DNA from: Terracidiphilus sp.
GTDB taxonomy: Bacteria > Acidobacteriota > Terriglobia > Terriglobales > Acidobacteriaceae
Length of the DNA: 51,599 nt
Direction: 5' to 3'
Assembly: GCA_036489245.1 (NCBI GenBank)
Contig: DASXGD010000387.1
Span: forward strand, 1-51,599
The position numbers and the translations under genes were made by a program. Under the pieces are notes generated by a model. It saw nothing but the letters and a program-made list of their open reading frames with translations. It was not told the DNA's origin and made no database searches. Of the stretch, positions 19,756-29,369 are shown piece by piece (within the stretch, counting starts at the first letter, position 1; each line of letters begins with the position of its first letter).

Positions 19756-21009
19756 TTGGCTCGCTTTACCGGGATACTTGGAATTCTGGCTGTGCTTGCC
19801 GCTGCGTGGCTCGGATCGACCGATCGTCGCCACATTCGCTGGCGCACGATTGCCTGGGGCCTGGGACTTCAATTCACGTTTGCGTTCCTGGTTCTTCGCT
19901 TCGACTTCGGGCAACGCGCCATGCGATGGGCCGGCGATGTTGTCACCAACATGCTTTCCGCCACGTTCGCCGGAACCCGAATCCTCTTTGGCGAACTTGG
20001 CCTGCCCAATGCCGGTGCGTTCGGCCGGGTCATTGCGCCCGCATCCGGATCCATCTTCGCGTTCCAGGTCCTTCCCACCATCATCTTCATCTCCGCGTTT
20101 TTTGCGGTCATGTACCATATCGGGCTCATGCAGGTGATCATTCGCGGCATGGCCTGGATCATGCTCAAGACCATGCGCATCTCCGGCGCCGAGAGCATGA
20201 ACGTGGCCGCTTCCATCTTCATGGGCCAGACTGAAGCGCCGCTTACCATCCGGCCATTTCTACCTCGCGCCACACGCAGCGAATTGATGACCATCATGAC
20301 CAGCGGCATGGCCCACGTTTCGGGCGGCATTATGGCCATGTACATCTCTCAGGGAGTAGAAGCGCGGCACCTTCTTTCGGCTGTGATCATGACCTCGCCG
20401 GGCACCATTCTCATGGCCAAGATGCTGGTGCCGGAGACGGCCGTTCCCGACACCGAGGGACGCGTTGTGATCCCCAAGAGCGAGGAGCACAAAGAAGAGA
20501 ACCTGATTGGAGCCATCGCCCGCGGAACCATCGATGGCGGCAAACTGGCCATGAATGTCGCGATCATGCTGATTTCGTTCCTGGCTCTTGTCGCGCTGCT
20601 CGACATGCTGCTGGCATGGGTCCACGGCGGACTGCCCTGGTTCCCGTCCAGTCTCGGACAGATTCTCGGCTTCGTGTTCGCGCCCATCGCCTGGCTCATC
20701 GGCGTGCCCTGGCATGATGCGGGTGCCATCGGCAACCTGCTCGGGACCCGCATGGCGCTCAATGAAGTGATCGCCTACATCGGCCTGGGCGCGGAAAAGG
20801 CCTCGCTGAGCCCGCGATCGTTCACCATCGCGACCTTCGCGCTGTGCGGATTTGCCAACCTGGGATCGATCGGCATGCAGATCGGCGGCATCGGCGCCCT
20901 CGTCCCCGAACGCCGCAACGAACTCGCGCAACTAGGCGTCCGCGCCATGCTCGCCGGCACCATGGCCAATTTGATCAGTGCGTCGATTGCGGGGATGTTC
21001 CTGGGCTAG
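19756..21009 (+). CDS. nupC: NupC/CNT family Na+/H+-coupled nucleoside transporter
   Basis: FAFQVLPTIIF, SIFMGQTEAPL, ALCGFAN, GSIGMQIGG. TTG start after AGGAG. Confidence 0.92.
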   Translation: MARFTGILGILAVLAAAWLGSTDRRHIRWRTIAWGLGLQFTFAFLVLRFDFGQRAMRWAGDVVTNMLSATFAGTRILFGELGLPNAGAFGRVIAPASGSIFAFQVLPTIIFISAFFAVMYHIGLMQVIIRGMAWIMLKTMRISGAESMNVAASIFMGQTEAPLTIRPFLPRATRSELMTIMTSGMAHVSGGIMAMYISQGVEARHLLSAVIMTSPGTILMAKMLVPETAVPDTEGRVVIPKSEEHKEENLIGAIARGTIDGGKLAMNVAIMLISFLALVALLDMLLAWVHGGLPWFPSSLGQILGFVFAPIAWLIGVPWHDAGAIGNLLGTRMALNEVIAYIGLGAEKASLSPRSFTIATFALCGFANLGSIGMQIGGIGALVPERRNELAQLGVRAMLAGTMANLISASIAGMFLG

Positions 21010-21052
21010 CTCCGACACAGTCCGGGCCCTCATTCGTTCCCGACTCTGAATC

Positions 21053-21322
21053 CTAATCCCCAAACCGCGCCATCCCCCGCGCCTTCGCCTTGGCTGCTTC
21101 CTCTTCGCGATTTCGATGCGGCGCCGTGGTTTCGAGAGACGTGAGCAACCTTCCTGAAGCCGCCGCAACTTCCTCCACCGCCTGGTTGAAAGCCGCTTCG
21201 TTCGCCTGCGAAGGCTTGGAGAAGCCGCTGATCTTGCGCACGTACTGTATTGACGCAGCGCGAATCTCCTCTTCCGTCACCGGCGGGTCAAAGTTGAACA
21301 GCAGCTTGATATTTCGGCACAT
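21053..21322 (-). CDS. DUF2277 family protein
   Basis: MCRNIKLLFNFDPPVTEEEIRAASIQYVRKISGF. GAGGAG RBS. Confidence 0.85.
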   Translation of the reverse strand: MCRNIKLLFNFDPPVTEEEIRAASIQYVRKISGFSKPSQANEAAFNQAVEEVAAASGRLLTSLETTAPHRNREEEAAKAKARGMARFGD

Positions 21323-21540
21323 TGCCCTGCTCCTCGCGAAGATCTTCTGCTCTTCGTGATTATTTGCTTCTTCGTACCCTCCTTGCAACTTCGCAATCTG
21401 CGTCGTCCCAAGCAACACTCCCCGGGCTCGCAGGCTTCCAAGCCTCAGGTTAGTGGCGATCCGTCCGGCAACCATCGAATCGCGACGAGCCGAACACCAA
21501 GGCTCTCGCCATCGCGCGAAGAGCCGTGAAAGACGGTACT

Positions 21541-23151
21541 ATGGCAACCTTGTCCCCGGCTGCACGCCCCGCGAATCTCCCGCGGAATCGAAGGCGATTT
21601 TTGTTTATCGCCTTTGCCATAGGATTCCTCGTCGGGGCCGCCATCGGCTGCTACTTCATCAGTTCCAACTGGCCTTACCGCTTCCGCAAGATCAGGCCGC
21701 TGCTCGAAGACGATCTCGCCAGCCAGGTCGAAGTTACTTCCTATCACCGCACCTACTTTCCGCATCCTGGTTTTGTGGCCACCGGCCTTACGCTGCGCCG
21801 CAAGACCGCGCTGAATCTTCCCCCGTTCGGACATGCCGAAAAAATGCTGGTCCAGGGCCGGTGGCGCGATCTTCTGCTGTTGCAGCAACGCGTGATGACG
21901 GTCGAAGTCACCGGCCTGCACATTGTCATACCGCCCATTGGCAGTCGCGCCAATCGGATGAATTTTCCTCCCGGCAGCAGTTCCGATTTCACCGGCCCTG
22001 ACACCGCGGTCGAAATGTTCAAATTCCACAACGCCGTATTCGAGATGATGAAGAACGATGGTAGCCGGCTGATCTTCCCCATCCGTGAACTGGACCTGGC
22101 GCACTTCGAGAAAAACCAGGCCGTTAATTATTCGGTAGACATGCAGAATGCAATCCCGTCCGGGCGCATTCAGGCGCGGGGTACCTTCGGTCCTCTGAAT
22201 GCGAAACAGATTGGCGTCACTCCGGTGTCGGGCAATTTCACGTTCACGACGGTCAACCTGCAGGATGTCGGCAACATCGCCGGTACCCTCGGGTCGAAGG
22301 GCGAATTTCGAGGTCCCCTGGGCGCAATCGATGCCGAGGCTGACAGCCTCACGCCCAACTTTTCAGTAGGTGACGGCAAGCCAACGCGCATCGCCGCATC
22401 GATCGAGTGCACCGTGAACGGCGTCAATGGCGACGTTGCGATCCACAACATCGAAGCGCACACCGGCAAGACAACCGTCCGCGCCATCGGTACGGTGCAG
22501 GGCTCAGACGGCCAGGACTCGTCTGGCAAAGAGAGCAATTTCGACATCGATGTGCAGGCCGGCGGGGCGGAAGATGTGCTGCGGCCATTCATCCACGACG
22601 ACGTCCCCATCACCGGATCGGTCTGGCTGCGCAGCCACGCCCATCTCGCGCCTGCTGGCGAGGGAGGCGGCTTCCTCCACCGCCTGCATGTGACCGGAGC
22701 ATTCAACGTTCCTGCCGAGCGCCTCTCCGACCGCGTCACGGAAAAGAGCCTCTCCGCCTTCAGCGAGCGCGCCCAAGGCAAGAAGACACCTGATTCCGGC
22801 GAGGACGGAGACAAGAATTCCTTGCCTGCAGCCGATGTGCTTTCGGCGGTCAAAGGGCCGGCTGAAATTCGGGACGGAATTGCTTCGAGCCGGCATCTCA
22901 CGTTCAACGTCCCGGGCGCACAGGCTGACCTCGGCGGCACATTCAATTTTCACAACAAAGCGGTCCACCTGGTCGGAAACTTGCGCATGGATACCGACAT
23001 TTCGCACACCGCGACCGGTTTCAAATCCTTCCTTCTCAAACCGCTCGCACCGTTCTTTAAAAAGAAGAAGGCCGGCGCGCTGGTTCCCATCGCGGTCACG
23101 GGGGAGCCCGGGCACTACCAGGTCACCCAGGACATTCTCCACAAAAAGTAG
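21541..23151 (+). CDS. AsmA-like membrane-anchored protein
   Basis: N-terminal TM helix, beta-rich repeats, and a C-terminus (GFKSFLLKPLAPFFKK..VPIAVTG) typical of Acidobacterial AsmA-like proteins. Confidence 0.7.
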   Translation: MATLSPAARPANLPRNRRRFLFIAFAIGFLVGAAIGCYFISSNWPYRFRKIRPLLEDDLASQVEVTSYHRTYFPHPGFVATGLTLRRKTALNLPPFGHAEKMLVQGRWRDLLLLQQRVMTVEVTGLHIVIPPIGSRANRMNFPPGSSSDFTGPDTAVEMFKFHNAVFEMMKNDGSRLIFPIRELDLAHFEKNQAVNYSVDMQNAIPSGRIQARGTFGPLNAKQIGVTPVSGNFTFTTVNLQDVGNIAGTLGSKGEFRGPLGAIDAEADSLTPNFSVGDGKPTRIAASIECTVNGVNGDVAIHNIEAHTGKTTVRAIGTVQGSDGQDSSGKESNFDIDVQAGGAEDVLRPFIHDDVPITGSVWLRSHAHLAPAGEGGGFLHRLHVTGAFNVPAERLSDRVTEKSLSAFSERAQGKKTPDSGEDGDKNSLPAADVLSAVKGPAEIRDGIASSRHLTFNVPGAQADLGGTFNFHNKAVHLVGNLRMDTDISHTATGFKSFLLKPLAPFFKKKKAGALVPIAVTGEPGHYQVTQDILHKK

Positions 23152-23165
23152 ACGTCGCTGCCGCT

Positions 23166-23450
23166 CTACTCCGCCTCGCCGCGCCTGCGCCGCAAACGAT
23201 AGTAGATCGTCAGCAGTGCCACCGTGCCGCAACTCAACAGGCTCGCAGCCATGCCGAGAATCAGCGACGGATCGCGCTGATACAGCCCGTGAACAATCCC
23301 GATGGCCTGCAGCACGCTGAAGCCACCAAACGTGATCAGAGAGATGCCCTCGTCGCTCTTCTTGCGCCACACCGCGATCGCCTGCGGCACGAAGAGGAGA
23401 GCGTTACAAAATAGTCCCAGGCCGAACATCAGGGCCACAAATTCCTTCAT
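23166..23450 (-). CDS. PQ-loop / SemiSWEET-like transporter
   Basis: 94 aa with three hydrophobic helices and FVPQAIAVWRKKSDEGISL. Confidence 0.75.
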   Translation of the reverse strand: MKEFVALMFGLGLFCNALLFVPQAIAVWRKKSDEGISLITFGGFSVLQAIGIVHGLYQRDPSLILGMAASLLSCGTVALLTIYYRLRRRRGEAE

Positions 23451-23663
23451 TCCAGTCCTCTTTCGTCACCCCCGGCGGGGGCCATGGTTTCACTCATTAC
23501 ATTGCGAACTTACAAGCGAGCAGATTTGACCCAACCGATCCCATTTTTACACGCAAATCGTGCAAATTTTTCCATGTAACTCTTTTATTTTCATACATTT
23601 TGTCACGGCAACCTGCCATCCGGACGGGGGGCGCATCACACTATTCCGGAGGTTGAACATTCG

Positions 23664-24539
23664 ATGACAAAGATCGCATGGATCGTTGCGGGCGTCGCGA
23701 TCGGCACCGGATTGGGTGCCCTGTTTGTTCCGGTCGGCCGGAACATCCAGGAGGCCCACGCACAGGAGATGGCCCCTGCGCCGGCTCAGCCCGAAATCAA
23801 GGCGGCCCCTGCCACCCCGATTGCGGAGAAAAAAGCCGAGTTGGGCGACGACCGGACATGGAATCCACTGTGGGACGAGTTCATCGAGAGGGCGCTGCCT
23901 CCAGAGATGCTTTCGCCCGCCGTGGCCAAGGCCGTCAAACCGTTCTGCCCGCGATTCACCTCGCTGAGCGACGTAGACAAGCGTACCTTCTGGGCCTATT
24001 TCTTCCAGGCCCTGGCCGGTGCAGAAGCGGGCCTCGTCCCCACTCGCAGCGTGCGCCACATGGATCCTGAACTGCAGGTCAGAGACGACGTGACTCACCG
24101 CATGGTGCGCCAGCAAGGCCTTTTGCAGCTTACCTACATGGATCAGGAGCGGTACGGGTGCGACTTTGACTGGGAAAAGGACAAAGAACTGGATGAACAC
24201 GATCCGGCGAAGACCATCCTTCAACCCCGAAACAATCTGCTCTGCGGAGTGAATATCATTCGCAACCAGTTGATCGAACAGCACCGGCCGCTTTTGAGCT
24301 CAAGCAGTTATTTCTCTACACTGCAGCCCGGCACGATCAGCGTCAAGGTCTTTCTCAGGCAGATGGCCAACGTGCCCGAACCGTGTGGCCAAAAGCCGCG
24401 CAAGGAGCGCGTGGAGCAGCCGGTGCGCGAGACAACAGTGTCGATGCCTTCCCCGTCATCGCAGCCGCCAACAACCGTTCGATCGTCGTTCGCCTCCCAG
24501 TCTGAAACAAACCAATCTGAAACAAATGTGACGCACTGA
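23664..24539 (+). CDS. Exported lysozyme-like / SLT-fold protein
   Basis: N-terminal hydrophobic segment. ALAGAEAG (candidate catalytic E), GLLQLTY, P..NLLCGV. GGAGG RBS. Confidence 0.6.
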   Translation: MTKIAWIVAGVAIGTGLGALFVPVGRNIQEAHAQEMAPAPAQPEIKAAPATPIAEKKAELGDDRTWNPLWDEFIERALPPEMLSPAVAKAVKPFCPRFTSLSDVDKRTFWAYFFQALAGAEAGLVPTRSVRHMDPELQVRDDVTHRMVRQQGLLQLTYMDQERYGCDFDWEKDKELDEHDPAKTILQPRNNLLCGVNIIRNQLIEQHRPLLSSSSYFSTLQPGTISVKVFLRQMANVPEPCGQKPRKERVEQPVRETTVSMPSPSSQPPTTVRSSFASQSETNQSETNVTH

Positions 24540-24609
24540 CAGGGATACCGAAGGGCTGCAACTCAGCAGGAAGACGATCGGCTCAAGCCCGTGTCGTACA
24601 GTATCCCTG

Positions 24610-25509
24610 ATGAGTTCTGAATACTTCGATCAGGTGTCTGAGGCGGCGGGATATCTGCGCAACAGGCTGGGCGCATCGGCGACGAAGCTCAGCCCCCGCT
24701 TCGGCATCGTCCTCGGCTCGGGGCTTGGCGCGGTGGCCGATGCCGTGGCCGAACCCGTGATCGTTCCCTATGCCGACATTCCCTACTTTCCTCAATCGAC
24801 GGTGGAAGGTCATTCCGGCCGCATCGTGGCCGGGAATCTGGGCGGCGTCGCGGCCATCGTCATGCAGGGGCGTGTGCACTTCTACGAGGGCTACTCGCCG
24901 GCGCAGGTCACATTCCCCGTGCGGGTTCTGGGCGCACTGGGCGTGCAGGCGGTTATTCTCACCAACGCCGCCGGCGGTATTCATGACGGCTATCAAATCG
25001 GCCAGCTGGTGGCCCTGTCCGATCACATCAACTTCATGGGCTGGAACCCGCTCATCGGCCCCAACGAGCCGCGCTTCGCCGCTATCCCCGGAGCCGGACT
25101 GCGCTTCTTCGACATGACGGAAGCCTATTCGAAACGTCTTCGCGCTTTGGCAAAGGAAGCAGCGGCGGGTGAGGGCATCGACCTCGTCGAAGGCGTCTAC
25201 CTGGCCACGCCTGGACCTAGCTTTGAGACTCCAGCGGAAATTCGCGCGTTCCGAGCCATCGGCGCCACGCTGGTGGGCATGTCCACTGTTCCAGAAACGA
25301 TCGTGGCGCGGCACATGGGCATCGAGGTGCTGGGCATTTCATGCGTCACCAATCTTGCCGCAGGCCTGGGCGCCGAAAAGCTCAGCCACGCCGAAGTCTT
25401 TGAAGCCGGACGGCGCGTTCAAGACCGTCTCGCCGCACTGCTCAAGCGGCTGGCTCCCGCCATCGCCGCGGCAGGGGAGTCTGCCCATCCGCAAAAGGTC
25501 GAGCCGTGA
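24610..25509 (+). CDS. punA: Purine-nucleoside phosphorylase (trimeric PNP)
   Basis: IVLGSGLG, MQGRVHFYEG, TNAAGG, DHIN, GPSFETPAE, VGMSTVPE, SCVTN. Confidence 0.93.
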   Translation: MSSEYFDQVSEAAGYLRNRLGASATKLSPRFGIVLGSGLGAVADAVAEPVIVPYADIPYFPQSTVEGHSGRIVAGNLGGVAAIVMQGRVHFYEGYSPAQVTFPVRVLGALGVQAVILTNAAGGIHDGYQIGQLVALSDHINFMGWNPLIGPNEPRFAAIPGAGLRFFDMTEAYSKRLRALAKEAAAGEGIDLVEGVYLATPGPSFETPAEIRAFRAIGATLVGMSTVPETIVARHMGIEVLGISCVTNLAAGLGAEKLSHAEVFEAGRRVQDRLAALLKRLAPAIAAAGESAHPQKVEP

Positions 25510-26153
25510 CCGGCCTGTTGCCGCCCACCCAGCCGCTGTCGTTTGTCCCCGTAATCATTGGAATCGCCGGCTGTTCAGGTTCAGGCAAAACGACTCTCGC
25601 GGTCGAACTGGCGCGCACCCTCGATGGAATTCACTTCCCCATCGACCACTACTATCGCGATCTGGCTCATCTTCCCATGGCTGAACGGACCCGCCAGAAT
25701 TTCGACGACCCGGCACTCATCGAGAGCTCTCTGCTGGCAGCTCAGCTGGAGGCACTGGCGCGAGGTGCGGCGATCGAGCGGCCCTTGTATGACTTTGCCA
25801 CGTACACCCGGATCGCGGGCCGCAGTGAAACCGTGCGAAGCCACCGCTTCGTGATTGTCGAGGGATTATTCACGCTGGTCTATCCCGAATTGCTTCCCCT
25901 TTACCAACTGCGCGTCTACGTCGACACTCCCGACGCTGTGTGCTTCGAGCGCCGCCTGCGGCGCGACATCCTTGAACGAGGACGCACTCCGGAATCGGTG
26001 CTTGAGCAATACGCCGCCACCGTGCGTCCCGCCGCCGAGATATGCATACGGCCCTCGGCGAAGCGTGCCGACCTGATCGTCGACGGCGCCGGCGCGCTGG
26101 ATTGGAAAGTGGAGCAAGTCGTGGCGGAACTACGCAAACGAGGATTCGCTTAA
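25506..26153 (+). CDS. udk: Uridine kinase
   Basis: GIAGCSGSGKTT, DHYYRD, NFDDP, IVEG, RRLRRDILERGR. GTGA overlap with punA. Confidence 0.9.
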   Translation: MTGLLPPTQPLSFVPVIIGIAGCSGSGKTTLAVELARTLDGIHFPIDHYYRDLAHLPMAERTRQNFDDPALIESSLLAAQLEALARGAAIERPLYDFATYTRIAGRSETVRSHRFVIVEGLFTLVYPELLPLYQLRVYVDTPDAVCFERRLRRDILERGRTPESVLEQYAATVRPAAEICIRPSAKRADLIVDGAGALDWKVEQVVAELRKRGFA

Positions 26154-26266
26154 ACCTTCCCGTTTTGATTCGTCGCGTACCATTTCTGATCCTGCCACAA
26201 AAGTTTCACTGGACATTCAATCCAGTGTGCGTCGATTTGCGTAGTCTGAATGTAAGGCAATCCTTC

Positions 26267-26752
26267 ATGCCAACTTTGGAAAGAATACGGGTGAAAGCTG
26301 CGGCGTGTCTGCGCCAGGGCATTTCTCCGCGGCGTCTCGCACTGGCACTGTCACTCGGCTTCGCCCTCGGGTGCATCCCGATTGTTGGACTTCCGACCGC
26401 GCTGTGCGCCATGATCGCACTGACATTCCGGCTGAACCAGCCGCTCATCCAGGCCGCCAATTACGCCGCCATGCCCTTCCAGTTGGCCTTGATTGTGCCC
26501 CTGGCGCGGCTGGGCGCAAAGCTCATTCCCGTGGCCTCCGATCGGGATCTGAATCTTGCGATGCTGTCTCATTCACCGGCGCAGTTGCTGGCCTCCTCGC
26601 CGCGACTGGTCATCCAACTAGGCGGCATGGCGGGCCAGGCGTTGCTGGCATGGCTGGTCATCGCCGTCCCGGTCGTGATGCTGCTGACCTACTCTCTGAC
26701 CTTGGTCCTGCGGCGTGTGCCCGCCGTGGCCGAGGCTAAAGCGGCGAACTAA
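26267..26752 (+). CDS. DUF2062 family membrane protein
   Basis: QGISPRRLALALSLGFALGCIP, FRLNQPLIQAANY. Confidence 0.75.
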   Translation: MPTLERIRVKAAACLRQGISPRRLALALSLGFALGCIPIVGLPTALCAMIALTFRLNQPLIQAANYAAMPFQLALIVPLARLGAKLIPVASDRDLNLAMLSHSPAQLLASSPRLVIQLGGMAGQALLAWLVIAVPVVMLLTYSLTLVLRRVPAVAEAKAAN

Positions 26753-26756
26753 CGCT

Positions 26757-29186
26757 TTACTCCTCGCGCAACGTCGTTGCCGGATCGATGCGCGCGATTC
26801 GCAGGGTGGGCGCCACGGTTGCCAGAAGCGTGATGAGGGTCAGCGTCGCGACAACTGCCACGATGGTAGGCGCGTCGTACACGCCAACACCGTAGAGCAC
26901 GGTGCGCATCACGCGCAGGGTGATGGCGCACAGGAGCAGTCCCAGGCATATACCGGCGGCCGACGCGCGCAGGCCTGAGCCTCCCACCTGCGCCATGGCC
27001 TGGCGAATAGTCGAGCCCAGCGCCATGCGGATGCCGATTTCACGTGTCCTCTGCGCCACCATGTTGGCCACCAGGGCAAAGATGCCAACCGCGCTCAACA
27101 GCAGCGCCAGGCCAGCCATGGCGCCGAGGAGTGCGACTTCGATGCGTTGCGTTGCGAGGGTCTCGGCCTGGAGATCGTTCATACCGTAGAACCCGGAGAA
27201 GGGAAGTGCCGGATCGGCGCTGGCCAGAGCGCGTTGCATCTGCGCCGTAAGGCCCTCGACGGGCGCGGCGGTGCGCACAATCCAGCTGGGCTGGAACCAC
27301 ACGTGCACCATCGCGAGTATCTGCGGGCCCAGCTGCGTAGCGGGAATGTACATGGTCTCTTCGCTCTGCAGTGGGGCGGTCGGGTTCAACCCGGAGGAAA
27401 GCTGGGTGTCGGCCACTACGCCGACAATCATGGTTCCGGTATCGACCGTGCGGCCCACGGGGTTCTCGCCGGGGAAATATTTTTGAGCGAAGGTCCGGTT
27501 AACGATGGTGACTCGTTGTGTATCCGGTCCGTCGGAGCCGGTGAAATCGCGGCCCGACACGAGCGGCATTTCGAGGGTGGCGAAGTAGCCCGGGGTGACG
27601 TAGACGACATCCGTGCCCACCGTCTTGCCGGCAAGGGGACCGTTGTGCAGGACAACGCCATCATTGAGGGTTCGCTCAAATGGCAAGGAGAGGCCCATCC
27701 CGGCGTTGCGCACCCCGGGGATACGCCGCATGGCGGCGATGCTGGTATCGAGCAGGTGGCGGAAGTTGGCCGGATCGTGATAGCGCGCGTCGTCGAGTGA
27801 TGCTTTGGCAACCATCACGCCGTTGGGATTGAAGCCCGGCGGCAGAGTTTGAAGATGAATCAGGGTGCGAATCAACAGGCCGGAGCCCGCCAACAGCACA
27901 ACGGTGAGTGCCACTTCGGAGGCAATCAACACCTGGCGCAGACGAAGCCGGTCTCCCCCCGCTACGGACCGGCTGGCCATCGAGGAGCGCAGGTCGACGC
28001 GGCGGACCGCCAGTGCTGGCAACATACCGAAGAGGACCGCGGTGAGGAACGAAACTGCCATAGTGAAGGCCAGAACGCCCAAGTCAAGGGGGACATGCGA
28101 AACGGGCAAATAATTCTTGGGAAGCAGCGACAGCAGCCCACGGAGCGCGACAAAGCCCACGCCCACGCCCGCCGCGCCGCCGCTGATTCCGAGCAGCAGG
28201 CTTTCCGTCCAGAACTGCTTCTGCACCTGCCAGTGCGAGGCGCCGAGGGCCAGGCGGGTGGCCACCTCCGACTGGCGGCGCACCATGTGGACTACGGCGA
28301 GGCCGGCGAGATTGGCGCAGGCGATGAGCAGGATGAACCCCGCGGCCACCATGAGTGCCAGCGCCTTCGGCCGCAGTCCCGAGGTCTGTCCTTTCTGCAG
28401 CGGAACGAAGTAGTACTCGTAGCGCGAACCGGGATTGCTCCGCTCCATGCTCGCCACGTGGTCGGCCCAGGCGCGGCCCAGTTCTGCATTGGCCTCCTGC
28501 CACGTGGCACCATCGCGCAGCCGGGCGATGGAGAGGTAATTGGTGCCGCTGCCCTCACCCTGGCGGCTGGGTTGGATCGCCGTGTAGAGGTCGGCGTCGA
28601 ACGGCGTAGTAGTCGCCCTCTGCGGAAGGACGCCAATGACCGTGTAGGGCTCGCCCTTCAGGTGGATCGCACGTCCCACCAGGGCGGGATCGGCGCCGAA
28701 AGTATTCCGCCACAGGGCGCAGCTGAGGATCGCTGCCTTCGGCCCGTGCGGCTGGTCTTCGGTCTCTAGGAAGTTTCGGCCCAGCAGGGGACGAACGCCG
28801 AGAACATCAAGATAATGCGCCGAGATGCGCCCCTGGTGAACATACTGCACCTGCTCGCCGGCCTGCAGGTTCACGCCCGAGCCTCCGGGGCTCGAAACCG
28901 CGGAGATCACAGACGGGACATCGTCGCGCAGCGATTCCCATTGGGCTCCGTCGACCCAGTGCGATTCATCGGACGCCTTTGCGCCCTGGACGCGCATGAA
29001 GACTGTGCCCATGCGATCGGGATGCGGATAGGGTAGGCTCTTCAAGAGCAGCGCGTTCACGATGGAGAAGATGGCGGTGTTGGCGCCGATGGCCAGCGCC
29101 AGGGTAACGATCACCGTACCGGTAAATCCCGGATTGCGTCCCAACTGCCGCAAGGCGTATCGAAAGTTCTGTCCTGTCGCTGCCAT
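26757..29186 (-). CDS. ABC permease, Acidobacterial duplicated orphan permease (ADOP; MacB/FtsX x2)
   Basis: RYALRQL..NPGFT..VTLALAIGANTAIFS, LLIACANLA, QRTREIGIRMALG, IDPATTLREE. GGAGG RBS before 29186. Confidence 0.9.
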   Translation of the reverse strand: MAATGQNFRYALRQLGRNPGFTGTVIVTLALAIGANTAIFSIVNALLLKSLPYPHPDRMGTVFMRVQGAKASDESHWVDGAQWESLRDDVPSVISAVSSPGGSGVNLQAGEQVQYVHQGRISAHYLDVLGVRPLLGRNFLETEDQPHGPKAAILSCALWRNTFGADPALVGRAIHLKGEPYTVIGVLPQRATTTPFDADLYTAIQPSRQGEGSGTNYLSIARLRDGATWQEANAELGRAWADHVASMERSNPGSRYEYYFVPLQKGQTSGLRPKALALMVAAGFILLIACANLAGLAVVHMVRRQSEVATRLALGASHWQVQKQFWTESLLLGISGGAAGVGVGFVALRGLLSLLPKNYLPVSHVPLDLGVLAFTMAVSFLTAVLFGMLPALAVRRVDLRSSMASRSVAGGDRLRLRQVLIASEVALTVVLLAGSGLLIRTLIHLQTLPPGFNPNGVMVAKASLDDARYHDPANFRHLLDTSIAAMRRIPGVRNAGMGLSLPFERTLNDGVVLHNGPLAGKTVGTDVVYVTPGYFATLEMPLVSGRDFTGSDGPDTQRVTIVNRTFAQKYFPGENPVGRTVDTGTMIVGVVADTQLSSGLNPTAPLQSEETMYIPATQLGPQILAMVHVWFQPSWIVRTAAPVEGLTAQMQRALASADPALPFSGFYGMNDLQAETLATQRIEVALLGAMAGLALLLSAVGIFALVANMVAQRTREIGIRMALGSTIRQAMAQVGGSGLRASAAGICLGLLLCAITLRVMRTVLYGVGVYDAPTIVAVVATLTLITLLATVAPTLRIARIDPATTLREE

Positions 29187-29280
29187 GCCCGACCTCCTGC
29201 GCGCGAGTTTTCCCGTGGTATCGAGTACGCGATTCGATGCCAGATCGTTCCGCATCATACTTGCGGTGCATTCGGCACAC

Positions 29281-29334
29281 CAGTGGGGTGGCTGTCCGGG
29301 GTACCCGCGGACAGGTCTTCGTCAGTGGGGTGGA
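29281..29334. repeat. REP-like palindromic element with CAGTGGGGTGG direct repeats
   Basis: CAGTGGGGTGG at 29281 and 29323. Internal CTGTCCG..GGGTACCC..CGGACAG stem. Confidence 0.5.
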
Positions 29335-29369
29335 TGTGGCAACCTAGAACGTGGAGGAATTTCCCCGTC

